Assembly: GCF_022846255.1 (NCBI RefSeq)
Contig: NZ_AP025682.1
DNA: 64,000 nt
Strand: one strand, 5' to 3'
Origin: Escherichia coli
Lineage (GTDB): Bacteria; Pseudomonadota; Gammaproteobacteria; Enterobacterales; Enterobacteriaceae
Below are positions 43,246-53,580 of the stretch, piece by piece. The translations under genes and the position numbers were made by a program. Within the stretch, counting starts at the first letter, position 1. Each line of letters begins with the position of its first letter. Under the pieces are notes generated by a model. It searched no databases, was not told the origin of the DNA, and saw only the letters and a list, made by a program, of their open reading frames with translations.

Positions 43246-44464
43246 CACCGACAGGGGCTGTTTTTGCCTCACCAGCATTACAGACTGGCTGACGAATCTG
43301 CGGCGGAAGATCCTCAGAGAAAATGATCGGGCCTGAGTTCATCACGACGGCGCGTTCAATGACGTTGGAAAGCTCTCGAATATTACCCGGCCATGACCAG
43401 GCGGTAAGCAGCGACATTGCCATCGGATCGATGTCGATAATATCGCGCTGATTCTCACTACTGAATTTTTGCAAAAAGTGATTAGCTAACAGGGAAATAT
43501 CTTCCCGGCGATCGCGCAGAGGCGGCAGTATTAAATGAATAACGTTAAGGCGATAAAAGAGATCTTCACGGAAGGTGCCTTCTTTCACCATTGCCTGCAA
43601 GTCGCGGTTGGTGGCAGCAATGATGCGGATATCAACTTTTATGGTCTGATGACCGCCAATCCGTTCAAATTCCCGTTCCTGCAGAATGCGTAGTAATTTG
43701 GCTTGCAGTACCAGCGGCATTTCGCCAATTTCGTCGAGGAGCAGAGTACCTTCGTTGGCACGTTCAAATAATCCCTGACGTAAGGTTTGTGCACCAGTAA
43801 ATGCGCCTTTTTCATGACCAAACAGTTCACTTTCGAGCAACGATTCCGGCAGCGCCGCGCAGTTGACTTTAATGAACGGCCCCTTTGCCCTCCGCGAATT
43901 GTAGTGAATCGCTCTGGCAATCAACTCTTTCCCGGTGCCGCTTTCACCGCTAATCAAGACGCTGGCCTGAGAAAGGGCAATTTTGGCGGTGTCTTTGCAG
44001 ATGTCCATCATCGCCGGGCTGTTGGTGAGAATGTGCCCCCATTGCCAGCTGGTGCTCAGTGCCTGGTGCAGATGACGGATCTCTTTTTTCATTGACTGGA
44101 GTTGTAAAGCGCGCTGAACGATTAAATTCAACTCATCGAGATCAAACGGTTTGATAACATAGTCGAAGGCTCCGCAGCGTAGTGCTTCGACGGCGGTTTC
44201 CACTTCAGCATAGGCCGTCATCAGAATAACGGGTGTCCGGGTCTCATGGCTGCGCATCTCCTTGAGTGCCTTGATGCCGTCCATCTCTGGCATGCGGATA
44301 TCCATCAACACCACGTCAGGGTGAATATCGGCAAACAGGTGTAATGCTGTGCGCCCGTTGTTCGCACAATGTGTTTCGAATCCTTGTAGTGCAAAAGCGG
44401 TGCTCAGCATACGGCGAACATTATCTTCATCATCCACAATAAGGATGCGATTAATAGCAGTCAT
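43229..44464 (-). pseudogene. atoC: atoC 5' part: receiver plus sigma-54 AAA+ domains, truncated by IS4 (406 native codons + VMPIS from the IS end)
   Basis: ORF of 411 aa ends 17 nt inside the IS4 terminal repeat; GESGTGKE Walker A and GAFTGA motif present; HTH absent. Confidence 0.85.
43246..43257. repeat. IS4 target-site duplication, right copy (CACCGACAGGGG)
   Basis: Identical to 41808-41819. Confidence 0.9.
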
Positions 44465-46287
44465 ACAGTCTGATTTCCCTGCGGGTTGATCGGTAAAATA
44501 AGCGTGAAGGTTGCGCCGTAGCCCGGCAAACTGGCGACGCGAATATCACCCTGATGGGCATTAATGATGCGTTGACTTAACGCCAGACCAAGCCCGGTTC
44601 CTGAGGCTTTGGTAGTGAAAAAGGGATCGAAGATCTTTTTTTGCAGCGAGAGATCAATGCCACTGCCGTTGTCCTCTATCGAAATGGCCTGTTGTGAGTC
44701 GCTATACTGCCAGGTTCGAATGCGAATTTTCCCTCGTGCACTGATAGCCTGGACGGCATTGATCAGGATATTCAGTAGTACCTGTTTGAGCAGTTCACGA
44801 TCGGCGTTAATCGGGCTTAATTCATTATCCAGTTCGCTTATGAAGTCGACCCGCGCTTGTACGCCGGCGGTTTGTACCAGTACCAGAGTTTCTTCAACCA
44901 ATGCATTGAGGCTGACTTGTTGCCATTGACTGTGGCGTGGACGTGAAAATTCGAGCAATTGCTGAATAACTTTGTTAATTGAATCGATTTCTTTGAGTAC
45001 TACGGACAGATATTCCTGATGTATTGGGTCACGGGTTTGTTGGCGCAAGATCTGTACATAACCACGAATAGCTGTTAGCGGATTACGTAATTCATGCGCC
45101 ACGCCAGCCATCAGCTCACCCAGTGTGGCGAGGCGTTCTGCTTGCGCCATGCGGCGCTGGGTTTCTTTGCGGGCAGTTAAATCAGAGAAAATCACCAAAG
45201 CACCTATCATTTCACCGTGCGTGTTATGAATACGACTGGTCGTGACACTGAGTTCAATGGTGCGGTCACGGCCTGGAAAACTGATCTCCAGTGCTACATG
45301 TTCGGTGCCATGTTCCAGCGTATCCAGTACTGGACTGTAGAACTGAGTATTGTCGAACAACATGGAGTAAGGCTGCCCTACCAGTTCATGACGTTGATAG
45401 CCAGTGATGACTTCTGCTGCTGGGTTCATGGTGGTTACATCACCCTGGCGGTCAATGGCAATGACGCCATCGGCAGCGTTTTCAATAATCAGATCGTTAA
45501 GTGTTCGCGTTTCACGCAGTGCCTGGGCGAGGTTGTTAACACTCTGACTGATTTGCCCCATTTCACCGGGCAATTGTGGTAATCGAGTGGGAATATTTTG
45601 TGCCAGAGTCGAGAGGCCATCGGTGATGATATCTATATTGGCGCTCAGGCGACGGGAGAAAAGGACAATCAACAGCAGGCTTATCAGCAAACCGGCGGTG
45701 AGCACAATGATAATCCTCACATCCATTTTCCAGGCCTGGCGGCGAATATCTTCGGTTAATTCATTGGCCCAGATATAGCCGAGGATTTCACCATTACGCT
45801 CAATGGGAATCATTGAATTCAAAATATCGCCGCGCACCTGCCTGCCTGAATAAACCAAAGGGGTATTTGTACGCATGACTTCGCGACCAGGGTGATCTGC
45901 GGCAATGGTAACGCCCACATTATTCTGATATAGCGCTGAAGGCGCGTAGGTGATTATCGCATCCAGCGTTTTGTTGTAATAACCAGCGCCGATGCCAGGG
46001 AAGGCGTGAGTGATATTTTCGGTAATGGGGGCAAGTTCTGCATTTAATGCGCGGATATGCTCCTCACGCGGTAAGTCGATGTAGAGATCGTAGCGATTGC
46101 CTAGCGCCTGATTAAGCAGGTTGACCACGGCAGAAAGTTTTTTCTCTTTTTCAGATAAGACTGCTGAACGTCCTTCCGTTTCTACGATATAACCAATAGT
46201 AAGCGTTGGGACAATGACCATCAGGATTGCCATCAGGATCATTTGATTGCGTAAGCGGCGTGGATAAATCCACTTCATATAATGCAT
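44461..46287 (-). CDS. atoS: Sensor histidine kinase AtoS, 608 aa
   Basis: Starts [15 protein letters not shown]; ATGA overlap with atoC start. Confidence 0.9.
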   Translation of the reverse strand: MHYMKWIYPRRLRNQMILMAILMVIVPTLTIGYIVETEGRSAVLSEKEKKLSAVVNLLNQALGNRYDLYIDLPREEHIRALNAELAPITENITHAFPGIGAGYYNKTLDAIITYAPSALYQNNVGVTIAADHPGREVMRTNTPLVYSGRQVRGDILNSMIPIERNGEILGYIWANELTEDIRRQAWKMDVRIIIVLTAGLLISLLLIVLFSRRLSANIDIITDGLSTLAQNIPTRLPQLPGEMGQISQSVNNLAQALRETRTLNDLIIENAADGVIAIDRQGDVTTMNPAAEVITGYQRHELVGQPYSMLFDNTQFYSPVLDTLEHGTEHVALEISFPGRDRTIELSVTTSRIHNTHGEMIGALVIFSDLTARKETQRRMAQAERLATLGELMAGVAHELRNPLTAIRGYVQILRQQTRDPIHQEYLSVVLKEIDSINKVIQQLLEFSRPRHSQWQQVSLNALVEETLVLVQTAGVQARVDFISELDNELSPINADRELLKQVLLNILINAVQAISARGKIRIRTWQYSDSQQAISIEDNGSGIDLSLQKKIFDPFFTTKASGTGLGLALSQRIINAHQGDIRVASLPGYGATFTLILPINPQGNQTV

Positions 46288-46453
46288 GCTGAAATCCACT
46301 AGTCTTGTCCGGTATATGACGATTATCAGAGGTTAAGGTGATGATTTCTCGGCGGTGTATCATATTCCAGAGAAGAGAGAACATTGCGGTAACACGCTTT
46401 TACCGCTACCTTAACCACACTCCATCGGTCACCTGAGGCGGAGCTTCGCCCCT

Positions 46454-49303
46454 TTGAAATACCTTGCTTCTTTTCGTACAACCCTGAAAGCCTCGCGCTA
46501 CATGTTCAGAGCATTGGCGTTAGTGCTCTGGCTGTTGATTGCTTTTTCATCCGTTTTTTACATCGTTAATGCGTTACATCAGCGAGAATCGGAAATTCGT
46601 CAGGAATTTAATCTGAGTTCCGATCAGGCTCAGCGCTTTATTCAACGCACCTCTGATGTGATGAAAGAGCTGAAGTACATAGCTGAAAATCGCTTATCGG
46701 CAGAAAACGGTGTGCTTTCCCCGCGTGGACGAGAAACGCAGACGGATGTGCCTGCGTTTGAACCGCTGTTTGCTGACTCTGATTGTTCCGCAATGAGTAA
46801 CACCTGGCGAGGTTCTCTGGAGTCATTGGCGTGGTTTATGCGCTACTGGCGCGATAATTTTTCTGCGGCTTACGATCTAAACCGGGTATTTTTAATCGGC
46901 AGCGATAACCTCTGCATGGCTAATTTCGGTCTGCGTGATATGCCAGTGGAACGCGATACCGCGTTAAAAGCTTTGCATGAACGCATTAATAAATATCGAA
47001 ATGCACCACAAGATGATAGTGGCAGTAACCTCTACTGGATCAGCGAAGGTCCGCGCCCTGGCGTCGGGTATTTTTACGCCTTGACGCCAGTTTATCTGGC
47101 GAACCGGTTGCAGGCGCTTTTGGGTGTCGAGCAAACCATCCGGATGGAGAACTTTTTCTTACCTGGTACGTTGCCGATGGGGGTTACCATTCTTGATGAA
47201 AATGGTCATACCCTGATTTCGCTTACCGGACCAGAAAGCAAAATTAAGGGCGATCCTCGCTGGATGCAGGAACGCTCCTGGTTTGGCTATACGGAAGGGT
47301 TCCGGGAGCTGGTGCTGAAGAAAAATCTGCCACCCTCATCGCTAAGCATCGTGTATTCGGTGCCGGTTGATAAGGTGCTGGAACGCATTCGCATGTTGAT
47401 CCTTAACGCAATTTTGCTGAATGTGCTTGCCGGAGCTGCATTGTTTACTCTCGCGCGGATGTACGAGCGGCGTATTTTCATTCCGGCGGAAAGCGACGCC
47501 TTGCGACTGGAAGAACATGAGCAGTTTAATCGCAAGATTGTCGCCTCCGCGCCAGTGGGTATCTGCATTTTGCGTACCGCTGATGGCGTCAATATTTTAA
47601 GTAACGAACTGGCGCATACCTATCTCAATATGCTTACGCATGAGGATCGCCAACGGCTGACACAAATTATCTGTGGGCAGCAGGTCAATTTTGTTGATGT
47701 CCTGACCAGCAACAATACCAATCTGCAAATCAGCTTCGTCCATTCGCGCTATCGTAATGAAAACGTGGCCATTTGTGTGCTTGTGGATGTTTCTTCGCGC
47801 GTGAAGATGGAAGAGTCGTTGCAGGAGATGGCACAAGCAGCGGAACAGGCGAGTCAGTCAAAATCGATGTTCCTTGCCACCGTCAGTCATGAGCTGCGAA
47901 CGCCGCTGTATGGCATTATCGGTAACCTGGATCTGTTGCAAACCAAAGAGTTACCGAAAGGCGTCGATCGTCTGGTGACGGCAATGAACAACTCTTCCAG
48001 CCTGTTGTTGAAAATTATCAGCGATATTCTCGATTTCTCGAAGATTGAATCGGAACAGTTGAAGATCGAACCGCGTGAGTTTTCACCGCGTGAAGTGATG
48101 AACCACATCACCGCCAACTATTTACCGCTGGTGGTACGCAAGCAGTTAGGCTTGTACTGCTTTATTGAACCGGATGTGCCAGTGGCCTTAAATGGCGACC
48201 CGATGCGTTTACAGCAGGTCATCTCCAACCTGTTGAGTAACGCCATAAAATTCACCGATACCGGCTGTATAGTTTTGCATGTTCGCGCTGATGGCGATTA
48301 TCTCTCTATCCGTGTTCGCGATACCGGCGTGGGGATTCCGGCGAAAGAAGTCGTGCGCTTGTTTGATCCCTTCTTCCAGGTCGGAACGGGCGTACAGCGA
48401 AACTTCCAGGGGACCGGTCTGGGTCTGGCGATTTGTGAAAAACTGATCAGCATGATGGACGGCGATATCTCGGTAGATTCAGAACCGGGAATGGGCAGCC
48501 AGTTTACCGTGCGTATTCCGTTGTACGGCGCTCAGTACCCGCAGAAAAAAGGCGTGGAAGGGTTGAGTGGTAAACGCTGCTGGCTGGCGGTCCGCAATGC
48601 GTCGCTCTGTCAGTTCCTGGAAACCAGTTTGCAGCGCAGCGGCATCGTCGTTACAACATACGAAGGGCAGGAACCGACTCCCGAAGATGTGTTAATCACT
48701 GACGAGGTAGTGAGCAAAAAATGGCAGGGTAGAGCGGTAGTGACCTTCTGTCGTCGCCATATTGGTATTCCGCTGGAGAAAGCGCCAGGGGAGTGGGTAC
48801 ACAGTGTGGCTGCCCCGCATGAGCTACCGGCATTGTTGGCGCGTATTTATTTGATCGAGATGGAGAGCGATGATCCTGCTAACGCTCTGCCGTCGACGGA
48901 CAAAGCGGTCAGCGATAACGACGATATGATGATTCTGGTCGTGGATGATCATCCGATTAACCGGCGTCTTCTGGCAGATCAGTTGGGATCGTTGGGCTAT
49001 CAATGTAAAACCGCGAATGATGGCGTCGATGCGCTTAATGTACTTAGCAAGAATCATATTGATATCGTGCTTAGCGACGTCAACATGCCAAATATGGATG
49101 GTTACCGCTTGACGCAACGCATTCGTCAGTTGGGACTGACGTTGCCGGTTATCGGAGTAACTGCTAATGCGTTGGCTGAAGAGAAGCAGCGGTGTCTGGA
49201 GTCCGGTATGGACAGCTGCCTGTCGAAGCCGGTAACGCTGGATGTGATAAAACAGACGCTAACGGTATATGCCGAGAGGGTCAGGAAATCGCGGGATTCG
49301 TAG
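46454..49303 (+). CDS. rcsC: Hybrid sensor kinase RcsC, 949 aa (TTG start) or 933 aa from ATG 46502
   Basis: HisKA/HATPase plus C-terminal receiver; the ORF-track start is TTG. Confidence 0.9.
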   Translation: MKYLASFRTTLKASRYMFRALALVLWLLIAFSSVFYIVNALHQRESEIRQEFNLSSDQAQRFIQRTSDVMKELKYIAENRLSAENGVLSPRGRETQTDVPAFEPLFADSDCSAMSNTWRGSLESLAWFMRYWRDNFSAAYDLNRVFLIGSDNLCMANFGLRDMPVERDTALKALHERINKYRNAPQDDSGSNLYWISEGPRPGVGYFYALTPVYLANRLQALLGVEQTIRMENFFLPGTLPMGVTILDENGHTLISLTGPESKIKGDPRWMQERSWFGYTEGFRELVLKKNLPPSSLSIVYSVPVDKVLERIRMLILNAILLNVLAGAALFTLARMYERRIFIPAESDALRLEEHEQFNRKIVASAPVGICILRTADGVNILSNELAHTYLNMLTHEDRQRLTQIICGQQVNFVDVLTSNNTNLQISFVHSRYRNENVAICVLVDVSSRVKMEESLQEMAQAAEQASQSKSMFLATVSHELRTPLYGIIGNLDLLQTKELPKGVDRLVTAMNNSSSLLLKIISDILDFSKIESEQLKIEPREFSPREVMNHITANYLPLVVRKQLGLYCFIEPDVPVALNGDPMRLQQVISNLLSNAIKFTDTGCIVLHVRADGDYLSIRVRDTGVGIPAKEVVRLFDPFFQVGTGVQRNFQGTGLGLAICEKLISMMDGDISVDSEPGMGSQFTVRIPLYGAQYPQKKGVEGLSGKRCWLAVRNASLCQFLETSLQRSGIVVTTYEGQEPTPEDVLITDEVVSKKWQGRAVVTFCRRHIGIPLEKAPGEWVHSVAAPHELPALLARIYLIEMESDDPANALPSTDKAVSDNDDMMILVVDDHPINRRLLADQLGSLGYQCKTANDGVDALNVLSKNHIDIVLSDVNMPNMDGYRLTQRIRQLGLTLPVIGVTANALAEEKQRCLESGMDSCLSKPVTLDVIKQTLTVYAERVRKSRDS

Positions 49304-49497
49304 GACGGATAAGGCGTTTACGCCGCATCTGGCATTCAGTGCAAATGCCAGATGCGACGCTGACGTGTCTTATCTGGCCTACTTTAATGTAATCTGTTGA
49401 AATAATGGGAATCGTAGGACGGATAAGGCGTTTACGCCGCATCCGGCAATCGGTGCAAATGCCAGATAAGACACTAACGCGTCTTATCTGGCCTACA
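49304..49497. repeat. REP/BIME cluster between convergent rcsC and rcsB
   Basis: Two copies of cgtaggacggataaggcgtttacgccgcatc (about 49297 and 49412) plus inverted partners ending cttatctggcctac. Confidence 0.8.
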
Positions 49498-49502
49498 GGT
49501 GA

Positions 49503-50153
49503 TTAGTCTTTATCTGCCGGACTTAACGTCACTGAAGAGAGATAATTCAGCAGAGCAATATCGTTCTCGACACCCAGCTTCATCATCGCAGATTTCTTCT
49601 GGCTACTGATGGTTTTGATACTGCGGTTCAGCTTTTTAGCGATCTCGGTCACCAGGAAACCTTCCGCAAACAGGCGTAGAACTTCACTCTCTTTTGGCGA
49701 GAGACGCTTGTCACCGTAACCACCAGCACTGATTTTTTCCAACAGGCGAGAAACGCTTTCCGGGGTAAATTTCTTCCCTTTCTGCAGCGCGGCGAGAGCT
49801 TTCGGCAGATCGGTCGGTGCACCTTGTTTCAGCACGATCCCTTCGATATCCAGATCCAATACCGCACTAAGAATCGCCGGGTTGTTGTTCATGGTCAGAA
49901 CAATGATCGACAGGCTTGGGAAATGGCGCTTGATGTACTTGATTAAGGTAATGCCATCGCCGTACTTATCGCCAGGCATGGAGAGATCGGTAATCAACAC
50001 ATGCGCATCCAGTTTCGGCAGGTTGTTGATCAGTGCTGTAGAGTCTTCAAATTCGCCGACAACATTCACCCACTCAATTTGCTCAAGTGATTTGCGAATA
50101 CCGAACAAGACTATCGGATGGTCATCGGCAATAATTACGTTCATATTGTTCAT
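49503..50153 (-). CDS. rcsB: Response regulator RcsB (LuxR/FixJ family), 216 aa
   Basis: Starts MNNMNVIIADDHPIVLFGIRKSL; ORF-track start 50198 is an extension. Confidence 0.9.
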   Translation of the reverse strand: MNNMNVIIADDHPIVLFGIRKSLEQIEWVNVVGEFEDSTALINNLPKLDAHVLITDLSMPGDKYGDGITLIKYIKRHFPSLSIIVLTMNNNPAILSAVLDLDIEGIVLKQGAPTDLPKALAALQKGKKFTPESVSRLLEKISAGGYGDKRLSPKESEVLRLFAEGFLVTEIAKKLNRSIKTISSQKKSAMMKLGVENDIALLNYLSSVTLSPADKD

Positions 50154-50169
50154 GTAATAGGCTACCTTG

Positions 50170-52842
50170 CTACAGCAAGCTCTTGACATAACTGTCAATG
50201 TCGCTGATGTATTTTTCTATTCCTGGAACATCCTTCTCACGAATCAGATGTTCCAGCGTTTCACATAACTGCTTGCCGGGTACCAGATTTAGCATGGCAA
50301 ATACGCCTTTAAGACGATGAGCCGTTTGGGCTAACGCAGCAAAGTCACTGGTTGCTGCTTCAGTATACAGCCTCTTAACATCATCCGGTACTGTGTCTAC
50401 AAAGAGCGCATAATAGCCGCTGGCATGGAGTTGCGCATTTTCATCTCCGCCCAGAGGCGATTCTGTCACCTCTTCCTGCGCCAGTTGCACTTCAATTAAT
50501 TGTAAGACCGCTTCCTGCATAGCGTTGCTCATATTGAAATTGACGCACAATTGACCAGGCCCAATTTCCCGTACGCCAGACTCATCATCGCTTAAAAGCA
50601 AGCCAGAGGCAGTAAGATTAGACGGATTATCCGTTAAAAAGATATCATAATCTTGACTAATTAATCTTTCATCGGGTGTGATACAGGTTGCACCCCAATT
50701 TTCTAACTGGCGAGTGACAATATTCCGAATTTCTGCCGAAGTAACATCCACCATTACGCAGACATCATCCAGTAATCGCTCTTCTTCCTCTTCAACTTCC
50801 GGGTCAGCTGCGAGCATTTTGATATGCACAGAGTAGCGTGTACCGAGCCCATCCCGCGTTTTGATGTTTAAATGACCGCCCAGTTTACGCGCCAGTTGAT
50901 CGCTCAGCCAGAATGCCAGCGGGTCCGCCTTGCCATAGCGATCGTTTTGGGTCTGGTTGATAAACGGGAAGTGCAAATTATCCATTTCATGAATACTTAC
51001 GCCTTCTCCCGTGTCCAGAATGCGGAACGTCAGGCGGTCTTCGGAGGACTCATCCTGATCAACCTCAAGGGTGATTTTTCCCAATTGCGTTGAGGTCACG
51101 GCATATTGCATCAGTAGTAGCAAAATACGTCGTAAGGCATCGCGATCGCCGCGGCGCATATCGTGTGCTTTCAGATGATTGTTAATCAGCAGTTGCAGAC
51201 CTTTACGCTTGATGGCAGGCAACACTGAAGGCACAACTTCATCAATTAAATCCTGCACGGAGAACAGCTCCGTCTCACTTTTCCAGCTATCGTCCGCAAG
51301 CATGTTCGCTAACTGTATTTCATCGACCAGCCGCACCAGCACATCTGCCTGATTCGCCAGTTGTTTGCCTTCCGGGGCGTTGAGTTTAGCCGCGCTCTCC
51401 GCCAGGGACTGTGCGGGTTCTTTCAGCGCATCGCCAATGTTTTTCATAAAGGTCATCCGCCCCTGCTGGTTTTTCTCATACAGACGCTGCGCCTGCTTGA
51501 GTTTCTTGTTTACCAGCACTTCGCGATCCTGATCGCGAATAATGAAAATTTGTGTGCGCGGCGCAACCTGGCTGCGGAACATGCGGATCTCATACAGCTC
51601 GTTATTGATCGTCGCCTGAATAATCCCCTGATGCTGTTCCGCCATGGTGGTGATGTTTTGCAGATTCAAATGCGGCAGCAAATGATCGGCAATTTTGTTA
51701 CTTATGACTGTGCGGTTCGATTCCTGATCGTGAACCAGCAGGCCGAGCGGCAGCAGTGAGACTATCTCTTCATTAATTGCCCGTAAAATGCGCAATTCGT
51801 TATTGACCGCCGTGCTGGGGACGCTTTCTGTACTGCGGCTGGAGAAATGGCGGAATGTGGTATAGCCAAATAACGCCAGCGCCAGCAAACCGATGTTCAG
51901 CAGCAGTGGCAGCAGAATGTTTTGCAACGTATCCAGCAGTAAGGTGCCGTAAGGAACCTGCCAGACCAGGCGCATATCGGTAGAGTTGAGTGCCGAGGAG
52001 ATTTCAATCTTCGTACTGTTAAAGTGGATACTGACGCTATCCGTCCCTTCTTTCTCATTTTCATTGTTTCCCGTTGCCGTCGCGTCTGGCTCAAGGCGGA
52101 AACTGTCCAGCGGCATACCCGGTGGGATCAAATCATTAATCGGCAGATCAAAAGCCACGACCGTTGCCAGATGTCCCGGCTGGTTGAACGTGGTACGCAA
52201 GGTAAAGTAATGACCGTTCTGCCAGGCCAGGCGGCGCATGTTAGAAAAACTTTCGCGTTCATCGAGGGCGTTGGCCTGTTGCAACATCTCTGCACGACGT
52301 GAATCAACAATGTCGCTGACGGTCGATTCTTTAAATCCGGAGGTGAGATCTTTGAGGGGCAGGGTTGAGATCAGCACCAGACTGTTATCCTGACCATTCA
52401 GGTAATACATCGACCACGGTACATTTTCTGCGCCCCACAATGTGTCCAGATAGGTGGACATCCGTTGAGTCATCTCAAGCGTTGAGTTGTCGTGAGAGCC
52501 AAAGATTAACGCTTCCGTTTTGCGGCGTGGTTTCTCCAGATAGTAGACATCCTGTTTCAGGCGCGTCTCTTGTAAACCTTCGCCGGAGGAGGGGGAGGTT
52601 GTCGCGGCAATGTTGTCGTAGATCTGCCAGGTCACGTAACGCCAGGTATCGACGCGCTTTTGGATAGCGTGGGTAATGTCGACAATCTGGTAACTTTTAT
52701 CTTTCAGCCAGGCGTTAACGGCGCTTTGTACCATTACACCCATCGTCACCAGTAACACAATGATCAACAGTAAAAAGAAGCGGGTAATGCTCCCCGGTAG
52801 GAGTGAAAAGCGGGTCGTGGCCGTTGTCTCTTTCTGACGCAT
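50170..52842 (-). CDS. rcsD: Phosphotransfer intermediate RcsD (YojN), 890 aa
   Basis: Protein recognised; C-terminal HPt domain. Confidence 0.9.
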   Translation of the reverse strand: MRQKETTATTRFSLLPGSITRFFLLLIIVLLVTMGVMVQSAVNAWLKDKSYQIVDITHAIQKRVDTWRYVTWQIYDNIAATTSPSSGEGLQETRLKQDVYYLEKPRRKTEALIFGSHDNSTLEMTQRMSTYLDTLWGAENVPWSMYYLNGQDNSLVLISTLPLKDLTSGFKESTVSDIVDSRRAEMLQQANALDERESFSNMRRLAWQNGHYFTLRTTFNQPGHLATVVAFDLPINDLIPPGMPLDSFRLEPDATATGNNENEKEGTDSVSIHFNSTKIEISSALNSTDMRLVWQVPYGTLLLDTLQNILLPLLLNIGLLALALFGYTTFRHFSSRSTESVPSTAVNNELRILRAINEEIVSLLPLGLLVHDQESNRTVISNKIADHLLPHLNLQNITTMAEQHQGIIQATINNELYEIRMFRSQVAPRTQIFIIRDQDREVLVNKKLKQAQRLYEKNQQGRMTFMKNIGDALKEPAQSLAESAAKLNAPEGKQLANQADVLVRLVDEIQLANMLADDSWKSETELFSVQDLIDEVVPSVLPAIKRKGLQLLINNHLKAHDMRRGDRDALRRILLLLMQYAVTSTQLGKITLEVDQDESSEDRLTFRILDTGEGVSIHEMDNLHFPFINQTQNDRYGKADPLAFWLSDQLARKLGGHLNIKTRDGLGTRYSVHIKMLAADPEVEEEEERLLDDVCVMVDVTSAEIRNIVTRQLENWGATCITPDERLISQDYDIFLTDNPSNLTASGLLLSDDESGVREIGPGQLCVNFNMSNAMQEAVLQLIEVQLAQEEVTESPLGGDENAQLHASGYYALFVDTVPDDVKRLYTEAATSDFAALAQTAHRLKGVFAMLNLVPGKQLCETLEHLIREKDVPGIEKYISDIDSYVKSLL

Positions 52843-53153
52843 TCGTGTTTATGACCTGTTAAAACTTCGCGAAGTGATAGGGCAGTATAAAGGGTACAGT
52901 GTGAAATTCCAGACTCTTACCTGATTGATGATTCTCTATTCTCCAGTGATATTTATCATCCTGCATTGGGGGAAATAGATGTACAAGCGCCATTTTGCTG
53001 TACAAATAACCTACAAAAAGCCTAACGAAATTAATTGCAAATAAACGAAGATTGCTGGAAATTATGCTGATGTTAATTATTTGTGAAATAGTTAACAAGC
53101 GTTATAGTTTTTCTGTGGTAGCACAGAATAATGAAAAGTGTGTAAAGAAGGGT

Positions 53154-53246
53154 AAAAAAAACCGGATGCGAGGCATCCGGTTGAAATAGGGGTAAACAGA
53201 CATTCAGAAATGAATGACGGTAATAAATAAAGTTAATGATGATAGC
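53154..53246 (-). ncRNA. micF: MicF antisense sRNA (93 nt), repressor of ompF translation
   Basis: Minus strand reads GCTATCATCATTAACTTTATTTATTACCGTCATTCATTTCTGAATGTCTGTTTACCCCTATTTCAACCGGATGCCTCGCATCCGGTTTTTTTT, ending in a hairpin plus U8 terminator; divergent from ompC. Confidence 0.9.
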
Positions 53247-53401
53247 GGGAGATATTCTAGTTGCGAGTGAAGGTTTTGTTTTGACATTCAGTGCTGTCAA
53301 ATACTTAAGAATAAGTTATTGATTTTAACCTTGAATTATTATTGCTTGATGTTAGGTGCTTATTTCGCCATTCCGCAATAATCTTAAAAAGTTCCCTTAT
53401 A

Positions 53402-53461
53402 TTTACATTTTGAAACATCTATAGCGATAAATGAAACATCTTAAAAGTTTTAGTATCATAT
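53402..53461 (+). promoter_or_regulatory. OmpR-binding sites C1-C2-C3 of the ompC promoter
   Basis: tttacattttgaaacatcta / tagcgataaatgaaacatct / taaaagttttagtatcatat match the known three tandem 20-bp OmpR boxes. Confidence 0.75.
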
Positions 53462-53580
53462 TCGTGTTGGATTATTCTGCATTTTTGGGGAGAATGGACT
53501 TGCCGACTGATTAATGAGGGTTAATCAGTATGCAGTGGCATAAAAAAGCAAATAAAGGCATATAACAGAGGGTTAATAAC

